This document shows, in pieces, positions 56,857 to 64,000 of a stretch of 64,000 nucleotides of DNA. A program made the position numbers and the translations under genes. Origin of the DNA: Abditibacteriaceae bacterium (GTDB lineage: Bacteria > Armatimonadota > Abditibacteriia > Abditibacteriales > Abditibacteriaceae); NCBI GenBank assembly GCA_965277285.1, contig OZ255721.1, positions 1,088,001-1,152,000 of the forward strand, given 5' to 3'. The notes under the pieces were generated by a model. It was given only the letters and a program-made list of their open reading frames with translations, had not been told where the DNA came from and did no database searches. How positions within the stretch are numbered: the first letter of the stretch is position 1; every line of letters starts with the position of its first letter.

Positions 56857-59700
56857 ATGCAACCTTCTTTGTTTCAGCCGAAGAATTGGTCGGCCAGGCG
56901 TTGGGGTTCAACAGCGTGTCTGCTGTTGCTGGTGATGTTGAACGTGTTGGGTGCGCTGGGTGCGTCGCCCTCGAATGCTGACGTCCAAAGATACAAAACC
57001 GATAATCTGGGCAGTGATGTCTCTCCAACTGCACTCAATGACAGTGGAGAAATCGTTGGTCAGGTAATGAACGGCAGTAATTCCTATGCCTTTCTACTTC
57101 CGAGTGCATCAAGCCCAAGGCAAGACTTGACGCCCTATTTGCCCGCTGGCACGACTTCCAGCATAGCTAACGACATCAACAGTTCGGGCCAGATTGTCGG
57201 CAATTTTAGTCCTTATGCGAACGGCACTGCCTTTTCGATTTCCAACGGCGTGGGGCAAGTTCTTCCGAGTGCAGCGACTGTTGCAACAGGCGTCAACGAT
57301 AGCGGGCAAATTACCGGTTATACCGGTTATGGATACGACGCTCCTGCTACTGTTTACTCCGATACCCGGAATGCTTACATCTACACCAACGGGACCATAA
57401 AAGAGATCAACAGCGTTTTCTATTATTCGCGGTCCAGTCATGGTAACGGCATTAACAACAACGGGCAGGTCACAGGCACTTTGCGTTACCTCGGGCCTCA
57501 CAATGGCCTCTACAACAATGCTTTTCGTTACACAGACTCGACCGGCGCGGTCGTCAGGGTCGGCGCCGGAGATGACAATTACGATAGTCTCGCCATCAAC
57601 GACTTGGGGCAATTTGTCGGAACGTATTCTGGCTCAAGCTCGAATTATCGCAACCGCGCTTTTCTGGCTGGCGGTGGAAACGATATTACACTTTCTTATT
57701 CCTATGGCGCCGGCTACTACGAAACCTCTGCCGTATCAATCAATAACAACGGGCAAGTCTTGGTCAACGTCAGGTTTACCGACTCTGCTACAGGTCAGTA
57801 TCAGCCACACGCTCTTCTTTATGACAGCGTAACAGGCGTGACGCAGGATCTCGACGACTTGATCTCCATTGCCGGTTGGCAGACAACCGCGGGAATAGAC
57901 ATCAACAACAACGGCCAGATCTTGGGCTATGGCAAGAAATTCGGTGTGCCTACCGCGTTTTTGATGACTCCTCCTGGCCCCAACGCTCCACCTCAAGGAT
58001 TGCAAGTGCGTTTCCGTCCGCGCGCAGATTTCGCTCAAACCACGCGCGGCGGCCAATTCCAGGGCAGCAATGACGGCACCAACTACACCACGCTGGCCAT
58101 CCTCTACAAGACACCACCTGAAAACACTTACACGCAAAGCGAGATCGGGCCAACTTTGTATCGCTATTTGCGCTACGTTGCGCCTAACGGGACATACACC
58201 GTGCTCGCTGAATTGGAGTTCTACAACGGCACAACGCGCCTGACAGGAACAGGATTCGGAACACCTGGCTCCTATAACAACCAAGGCAACGATTTCACTA
58301 AAGCTCTGGATGGCGATCCCACGACATTCTTTGATGCGCCAATCAATACTGGGCCCTTCGTCGGCATTGATACAGGTCCTTCAACAACGCCCACTCCCAC
58401 GCCAACACCTACGGCAACTCCGACACCGACACCAACCGCGACGCCCACTGCGACACCGACACCAACCGCGACGCCAACGCCGACCGCAACGCCCACCCCA
58501 ACACCTGGCACTGTTGCGTTGAGTGCACGTTATTATCCGCGCGCTGATGCACCCGGCACGATGGTCGGCGGCCAGTTCCAAGGCAGCAACGATGGCACCA
58601 ACTACACCACGCTGGCCACTATCACCACGCAACCCGCCAACAACCAGTACTCAACCATCAGCTTGGGTTCAACGATGTATCGCTACTTGCGCTACTTGTC
58701 ACCCAATGGCACTTACACCGTTGTCGCTGAACTTGAGTTCTACAACGGAACAACGCGCTTGACGGGAACAGGATTTGGCACACCAGGTTCCTACAGCAAC
58801 TTCGGTAACGGCTTCCAGAAGGCGTTGGATGGCGATCCTTCCACGTTCTTCGACGGGCCAACCAACACCGGCTCCTTCGTCGGCATTGATACAGGTCCAG
58901 TTGCCACTCCTGTTACGTTAAGTGCGCGCTACTATCCGCGCATTGATGCACCGGGCACGATGGTCGGCGGCCAATTCCAAGGCAGCAACGATGGCACCAA
59001 CTACACCACGCTGGCCACTATCACCACGCAACCCGCCAACAACCAGTACTCAACCATCAGCTTGGGTTCAACGATGTATCGCTACTTGCGCTACTTGTCA
59101 CCCAATGGCACTTACACCGTTGTCGCTGAACTTGAGTTCTACAACGGAACAACGCGCTTGACGGGAACAGGATTTGGCACACCAGGTTCCTACAGCAACT
59201 TCGGTAACGGCTTCCAGAAGGCGTTGGATGGCGATCCTTCCACGTTCTTCGACGGGCCAACCAACACCGGCTCCTTCGTCGGCATTGATACAGGTCCAGT
59301 TGCCACTCCTGTTACGTTAAGTGCGCGCTACTATCCGCGCATTGATGCACCGGGCACGATGGTCGGCGGCCAATTCCAAGGCAGCAACGATGGCACCAAC
59401 TACACCACGCTGGCCACTATCACCACGCAACCCGCCAACAACCAGTACTCAACCATCAGCTTGGGTTCAACGATGTATCGCTACTTGCGCTACTTGTCAC
59501 CCAATGGCACTTACACCGTTGTCGCTGAACTTGAGTTCTACAACGGAACAACGCGCTTGACGGGAACAGGATTTGGCACACCAGGTTCCTACAGCAACTT
59601 CGGTAACGGCTTCCAGAAGGCGTTGGATGGCGATCCTTCCACGTTCTTCGACGGGCCAACCAACACCGGCTCCTTCGTTGGTATTGATACGGGAAGTTAG
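56857..59700 (+). CDS. Secreted HAF-repeat protein with PT linker and four discoidin/CBM-like modules
   Basis: INDxGQIVG repeats; (PT)n; GGQFQGSND..YRYLRY..AELEFY modules. Confidence 0.8.
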   Translation: MQPSLFQPKNWSARRWGSTACLLLLVMLNVLGALGASPSNADVQRYKTDNLGSDVSPTALNDSGEIVGQVMNGSNSYAFLLPSASSPRQDLTPYLPAGTTSSIANDINSSGQIVGNFSPYANGTAFSISNGVGQVLPSAATVATGVNDSGQITGYTGYGYDAPATVYSDTRNAYIYTNGTIKEINSVFYYSRSSHGNGINNNGQVTGTLRYLGPHNGLYNNAFRYTDSTGAVVRVGAGDDNYDSLAINDLGQFVGTYSGSSSNYRNRAFLAGGGNDITLSYSYGAGYYETSAVSINNNGQVLVNVRFTDSATGQYQPHALLYDSVTGVTQDLDDLISIAGWQTTAGIDINNNGQILGYGKKFGVPTAFLMTPPGPNAPPQGLQVRFRPRADFAQTTRGGQFQGSNDGTNYTTLAILYKTPPENTYTQSEIGPTLYRYLRYVAPNGTYTVLAELEFYNGTTRLTGTGFGTPGSYNNQGNDFTKALDGDPTTFFDAPINTGPFVGIDTGPSTTPTPTPTPTATPTPTPTATPTATPTPTATPTPTATPTPTPGTVALSARYYPRADAPGTMVGGQFQGSNDGTNYTTLATITTQPANNQYSTISLGSTMYRYLRYLSPNGTYTVVAELEFYNGTTRLTGTGFGTPGSYSNFGNGFQKALDGDPSTFFDGPTNTGSFVGIDTGPVATPVTLSARYYPRIDAPGTMVGGQFQGSNDGTNYTTLATITTQPANNQYSTISLGSTMYRYLRYLSPNGTYTVVAELEFYNGTTRLTGTGFGTPGSYSNFGNGFQKALDGDPSTFFDGPTNTGSFVGIDTGPVATPVTLSARYYPRIDAPGTMVGGQFQGSNDGTNYTTLATITTQPANNQYSTISLGSTMYRYLRYLSPNGTYTVVAELEFYNGTTRLTGTGFGTPGSYSNFGNGFQKALDGDPSTFFDGPTNTGSFVGIDTGS
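58522..59697 (+). repeat. Three near-identical 399-bp tandem repeats
   Basis: Units start at ~58522, 58921 and 59320. Confidence 0.95.
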
Positions 59701-59712
59701 TCTTATCTGCAC

Positions 59713-59755
59713 AATACAACAGCCGCACATCTATTTGATGTGCGGCTGTTGTATT
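59713..59755. terminator. Hairpin between convergent genes
   Basis: aatacaacagccgcacatc-tattt-gatgtgcggctgttgtatt. Confidence 0.75.
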
Positions 59756-59807
59756 CTCTACGGCTCCAACGATTGTCGAGAATGCGGCTCAGGTCCAGTC
59801 GAACAAG

Positions 59808-60770
59808 CTATTCGACAGTAATTTCTGGCGCCAGTGTTTTTAAGTCGTCGCGCAGTTGAATGACTGCAAGGTCTTTGGCTTTGGCTTCGCACATCACGTC
59901 GAATGGCACTTCGCCGCTGAAACGTTGCGCCACAGCGCGAGCAAACGGCACGAACACACTCGCATCAATCATCTCGGCGTGCTGCGTAGCGAGCGGCGCG
60001 GTCGCAGTTTTGACGATTTTCTTTGTGGTTTTGTCACGGCGTTCGATAATGCGATCTTCGATACGCGGACTGGAAAAGTGAATCTTGGGTCGACCTTTGT
60101 CCCACGTTTTTATGATGTCGCAGCACGCATCGACGACATCGCGCCCGTCAGGATTGTAGCAATTGTGATGCTGATGATCGAAAATGCAACGAACGCCGGT
60201 CGCTTCGTGAATGCGCAGAACATCATCCACGCCCCACGATTTATCGTCGTTTTCCAGCACGACACGACGCTTGGCGGCCTCGGGCAAACGATTGAAGCGT
60301 TCGATGAAACGACTGCGCGCGGCATCGCGGTCGTCATAAACGCCGCCGACGTGTGTCACGACAACCGCGTCATCGTTTTGTCCCATCATATCTAAAATAC
60401 GCGCCTGGGCATCAAGGTCGCACATTGATGTTTCGGTCAGCTTTTCGTTGGGCGAATTCAGCAGAATGTACTGCGATGGATGAAAACTCAGGCGCAGATT
60501 CATCGTTTGCGCGCGCTTTCCCAAAGCGGTCAGTTCATCGCGCGCTTCTTCCAGTTGGTTGTGAAACTGCGGCAGATCGGGATGCGTGAGATACGGCGCG
60601 AAATCTGAAGACAACCGATACATCGAGATGCGCGTTTCCTGCAGATAATCGAAGATTTGGTGAACGTATTCAATCGAGGTGCGCAAATGCGGCGCGTTCT
60701 GCCAACGTCGCGCATCGTTGCTTTTCAAACCTTCGCGTCCCAGCACTTTTACAGCAAAACCTAATCTCAT
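59808..60770 (-). CDS. uvsE: UV damage endonuclease
   Basis: MRLG, YRLSS, HPSQ, HVGG, LENDD, EAKAKD. Confidence 0.93.
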   Translation of the reverse strand: MRLGFAVKVLGREGLKSNDARRWQNAPHLRTSIEYVHQIFDYLQETRISMYRLSSDFAPYLTHPDLPQFHNQLEEARDELTALGKRAQTMNLRLSFHPSQYILLNSPNEKLTETSMCDLDAQARILDMMGQNDDAVVVTHVGGVYDDRDAARSRFIERFNRLPEAAKRRVVLENDDKSWGVDDVLRIHEATGVRCIFDHQHHNCYNPDGRDVVDACCDIIKTWDKGRPKIHFSSPRIEDRIIERRDKTTKKIVKTATAPLATQHAEMIDASVFVPFARAVAQRFSGEVPFDVMCEAKAKDLAVIQLRDDLKTLAPEITVE

Positions 60771-60790
60771 AATCGAGTACTCGATGTTGC

Positions 60791-60864
60791 AACAAAACCT
60801 CAATCGGAAGCGCGAGATGATGTAAGTGATGTTTCAGCCCCGCGCTTCCGATTGAGGTTTTGTT
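60791..60864. terminator. Inverted repeat with a 24-bp perfect stem
   Basis: aacaaaacctcaatcggaagcgcg...cgcgcttccgattgaggttttgtt. Confidence 0.65.
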
Positions 60865-61589
60865 CAGGCGTTCAAAATGTTTTGTAGAATCGAATTGGAA
60901 TACGAGCGCATTAAATCGGCGCGCCCTTTGCCGAACTTTTGCGCGACTTTTTCATAACCTGCCGACAAGCCGGAACAACGCCCCAGATTATGCGAATCGC
61001 TGGCGATCACAATGGGTTCAAAGGCGCGCAGAAGCATTTCCGACATCGTTTTCGATTGCGTGCTGGTCACGCCCAAAACGGAATCGACTGTCAATTGCAA
61101 AATCGCGCCACATTTCACCAAGTCCTGAATCAAGCGCGGATTACCCCGCAAATAAGGCGTACGTTCTGGATGCGCGATAATTGGCGTCGTGCCCTGCGCG
61201 ATCAACCACTCAATCGTTTGCAGCGCATCCGCGGGAACTTGCTCATCGCGCCAGGGAAACTCGATCAAGGTATACAGCGGCTTGTCGCCCAGATGGCAAA
61301 ACTCGCCGCTGTCGTAATGCGCGCGAAAATCTTCGCTGTTGAACAATGAAATTTCCGAGCCTGGCAAAACCGTAATTTTCGATTTGAGCGAAGCCAGCAA
61401 CGTGTTCAATGCTTCGACGCGCGGGTTGATGTCGTCGCGGAAAAGCGGCGCATTCTGGTTACAGTGCGGCGTCGCCACAACATGCGTGATGCCATCGCGC
61501 TCCATACGCTCGATCATTTCCAATGCTTCGGTCGACGATCTGGCGCCATCGTCCAATTCCGGCAAAATATGTGTGTGAATATCAATCAT
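60864..61589 (-). CDS. CpsB/CapC PHP-type tyrosine phosphatase
   Basis: MIDIHTHILP..DDGA, ATPH, AHPER, ASDSH. Confidence 0.92.
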   Translation of the reverse strand: MIDIHTHILPELDDGARSSTEALEMIERMERDGITHVVATPHCNQNAPLFRDDINPRVEALNTLLASLKSKITVLPGSEISLFNSEDFRAHYDSGEFCHLGDKPLYTLIEFPWRDEQVPADALQTIEWLIAQGTTPIIAHPERTPYLRGNPRLIQDLVKCGAILQLTVDSVLGVTSTQSKTMSEMLLRAFEPIVIASDSHNLGRCSGLSAGYEKVAQKFGKGRADLMRSYSNSILQNILNA

Positions 61590-61612
61590 CTTCGTTTATT
61601 TTCTTGACTTTG

Positions 61613-62362
61613 CTACTCATCCCATTTCACATCGCCCGCGAGAACACGCCGCAATCCTTTTTCCGTTTGCACTTCGAGTACTCCACTGGCGTCGATTCCC
61701 ACGGCGCGCCCGCGATAACTTTCACGTTCAGTTTCAACTCGCACGGTTTGTCCCTGCAAAAAATCACGACTTTGAAATTCGTGGCGCAAAGCGTCCCAAC
61801 CATCGCTTTCCTGCCATTTTTCATAACGACTTTGCAGCGCAAACATCAAATGTTTGAACAAGGCGTCACACGATTGCCAATCGCCACTTTCCATCTTCAG
61901 GGAAGAGGCTGGAAGTTTGGCGTCATGCGGCAAATCGTGCGCCTCAAAATTGACGTTCAGGCCAATACCGACGACCACAAACTCGACGCGCGCCGCATTG
62001 TTTTCGGTTTTCGCCTCGCTTAAGATGCCGCCAATTTTCTTGCCGTGCAAAACGATGTCGTTCGGCCATTTCACATTGGCGCGCAAAGTCGTCGTTTGCT
62101 CAACCGCATCGGCAGACGCCAAAGCCGCCAGCATCGTCATTTGCGCGACTTGCGCCATGTCGATTTCGGGTCGCAAAATCAGCGATACATAAAGCCCTAA
62201 ACCGGATGGTGAAACCCAGTTCCGGCCCAAACGCCCGCGCCCGCGCGTTTGTGCGTCGGCGCGCACTACGCTGCCATGCGACGCACCATCGCGCGCCCAA
62301 TTCATCGCGTCATCGTTGGTCGAAGCCGTTTCGCCCAGATGTTTCAAAGATTCGCCAAACAT
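61613..62362 (-). CDS. birA: Biotin-protein ligase (no HTH)
   Basis: STN, QTRGRGRLGRNW, KWPND, KIGGIL. Confidence 0.95.
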   Translation of the reverse strand: MFGESLKHLGETASTNDDAMNWARDGASHGSVVRADAQTRGRGRLGRNWVSPSGLGLYVSLILRPEIDMAQVAQMTMLAALASADAVEQTTTLRANVKWPNDIVLHGKKIGGILSEAKTENNAARVEFVVVGIGLNVNFEAHDLPHDAKLPASSLKMESGDWQSCDALFKHLMFALQSRYEKWQESDGWDALRHEFQSRDFLQGQTVRVETERESYRGRAVGIDASGVLEVQTEKGLRRVLAGDVKWDE

Positions 62363-62371
62363 AATTCCCCG

Positions 62372-62494
62372 AACGAACCCGAAGCGTCAGCAAGGGAGAT
62401 GAGAAAGGAGGAAAGATGAGGTTGCAAGTGCTCAATCTTCATCCTTCTGCCTTCATCCTTCCGTTATCTCCCTCGCTGACGCTTCGGGTTCGTT
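62372..62494. repeat. REP-like inverted repeat, family A copy 3
   Basis: aacgaacccgaagcgtcagc...gctgacgcttcgggttcgtt. Confidence 0.85.
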
Positions 62495-62516
62495 GAATGT
62501 ATCGAGTACTCGATAC

Positions 62517-63368
62517 TTAAATTTCAATATCCAAACCAATATCCAGCGAACGCGCGCCGTGCGTTAAAGCGCCAACCGAAATAATATCGACGCCACTTTG
62601 CGCGATGCCGCGAACCGTTTCTAAATTGACGCCGCCACTCGCTTCGCACAAAGCGCGACCATCCACAATTTGGACAGCTTCGCGCAAGGTTTCGGCGTTC
62701 ATGTTGTCCAACAAAATGATGTCGGCGCGCGCGTCGGCGGCTTCTCTCACCTGCTCCAACGTGTCGCATTCGATTTCGATTTTGACAGCATGACCAATGT
62801 TCTTGCGCGCGCGCTCCATCGCCGCAGCGATGCCGCCACACAACGCGATGTGATTGTCTTTGATGAGAATCAAATCGTCCAGCGCAAAACGATGATTGGA
62901 GCCGCCGCCGCAGCGCACCGCGTACTTTTCGAGGAGGCGAAGTCCCGGTGTAGTTTTGCGCGTGTCGGCGATGCGCGCTTTAGTACCTTCAGTTTGCTGC
63001 ACAAATTGATGCGTCAGCGTCGCAATGCCGCTCAAGCGTTGCACAAAGTTCAAAGCGACGCGTTCGCCCGTCAAAACCGCGCGCGCCGAACCTTCGACTT
63101 CCAGCACAATATCGCCCGTTTTCAAACGCTCTCCATCGTTGCGCATTTGCGAAAAGTTTGCATCGAAATCGAGCAGCGAGAACGCGAGTTTCGCTGCTCC
63201 AATGCCCGCCAGAACGCCGTCTTCGCGCATCCGCATTTGCGCCTGCGCCGTCGCATCAAGCGGAATTAGCGCGTTCGTTGTAATGTCGCCCGAACGAATA
63301 TCTTCGCGCAACGCGGCTTCAACAAGCGGGCGAATTTGAAAGTCACTCAAATTAAATATATTGCTCAT
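62517..63368 (-). CDS. nadC: Quinolinate phosphoribosyltransferase
   Basis: GDITT, ERVALN, DTRKTTPG, KDNH, EASGG, ISVGALTH. Confidence 0.97.
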   Translation of the reverse strand: MSNIFNLSDFQIRPLVEAALREDIRSGDITTNALIPLDATAQAQMRMREDGVLAGIGAAKLAFSLLDFDANFSQMRNDGERLKTGDIVLEVEGSARAVLTGERVALNFVQRLSGIATLTHQFVQQTEGTKARIADTRKTTPGLRLLEKYAVRCGGGSNHRFALDDLILIKDNHIALCGGIAAAMERARKNIGHAVKIEIECDTLEQVREAADARADIILLDNMNAETLREAVQIVDGRALCEASGGVNLETVRGIAQSGVDIISVGALTHGARSLDIGLDIEI

Positions 63369-63378
63369 AAAAACACGG

Positions 63379-63834
63379 TTATCGACCTCTAAATGATCCT
63401 GCGACGATTTCAATTTCCCAAGGGCGCTCAACCGCAAATTGCCATTCTTCATTCAAATTATTAGTAGCCAAAATAAATTTGTCTTGAATACTGACCGATT
63501 GGAATGGATTGGCGAAATCAAAGAATGCAATCCATCGAAGCTGCTTTGTATTTAACTCTTCCACTGCAACAAATCCATCGGCTCCCATTCCGCACTCACC
63601 AACAACAACCCTGATTCCAAGATCGCTATTCGATATTTCGTCCATGACCGCCACAGACGTGCAAGAAGCGTTCGCCAAAATTTCATCACTGCAAATAGAT
63701 TCTATGCGCAACTTCAATGGCAGCGAACGCGGCTGACCACCCGGCGCAATTAAATGTATTACACCCGAACTTTCCATCACACCATTTATGATGGCGACTT
63801 TTCCTTTACGCCAGTTTTCAGAGATTATATTCAT
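63379..63834 (-). CDS. Hypothetical protein (low GC)
   Basis: 151 aa ORF coupled to kptA. Confidence 0.6.
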   Translation of the reverse strand: MNIISENWRKGKVAIINGVMESSGVIHLIAPGGQPRSLPLKLRIESICSDEILANASCTSVAVMDEISNSDLGIRVVVGECGMGADGFVAVEELNTKQLRWIAFFDFANPFQSVSIQDKFILATNNLNEEWQFAVERPWEIEIVAGSFRGR

Positions 63835-64000
63835 CTAATCGAGTACTCGAAGTGCGTTCGGCGGAACTTCATCAGCCAACCAAACACCATTGTCTGACAC
63901 AAAAAACTCAGTGCCCTGCTCGTGCAAAGTTTTAGCATCGACTTGCAGCACAACGGGTTTGCCATGTCGCGCGCCGACGGTTCTGGCGGTTTCCACATCA
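63835..64000 (-). CDS. kptA: RNA 2'-phosphotransferase, C-terminal part
   Basis: Manual translation [35 protein letters not shown]. Confidence 0.9.
   Translation of the reverse strand, partial: DVETARTVGARHGKPVVLQVDAKTLHEQGTEFFVSDNGVWLADEVPPNALRVLD

Larger units (their letters stand above)
435..63850. repeat. Dispersed highly iterated palindrome TCGAGTACTCGA
   Basis: At least 29 exact 12-mers and about 43 CGAGTACTCG cores by manual count. Confidence 0.97.

Noticed and set aside
58522..59697. Diversity-generating retroelement TR/VR pair
   Set aside because: Repeats are tandem and in frame, differences are not adenine-specific, and no reverse transcriptase is present
435..63850. Palindrome as a CRISPR repeat or cloning linker/adapter
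   Set aside because: Irregular kb-scale spacing, no spacers or cas genes; copies sit in frame within intact conserved genes and have natural mismatch variants

Overview
Bacterial chromosomal window of roughly 53-55% GC; the taxon cannot be determined from sequence alone. The left part (~1-27.7 kb) is a decaying prophage-like/accessory region. It holds a minus-strand tail-like operon that includes a TylF-methyltransferase/GT9-glycosyltransferase fusion next to a Gly/Ser-repeat protein. It also holds a broken replication gene with ori-like repeats, two ParB-like genes, an S24 repressor, four toxin-antitoxin modules and an IS1595 element with cargo, and it ends at a tRNA-Gly remnant and tRNA-Arg(TCT). 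The right part is mostly housekeeping (icd, citrate synthase, aminotransferase, sigma54-like protein, def, Thg1-like, fmt, rsmB, lepB, mtnP, uvsE, birA, nadC, kptA), interrupted by an ~8 kb foreign island between def and fmt. The most striking signal is window-wide: the palindrome TCGAGTACTCGA occurs at least 29 times exactly, and its core CGAGTACTCG about 43 times (manual counts). Copies fall in all three reading frames of conserved genes, at start codons and at the centre of hairpins, but are absent from the IS cargo and most of the foreign island. This looks like a HIP1-like highly iterated palindrome system with a motif I do not recognise.
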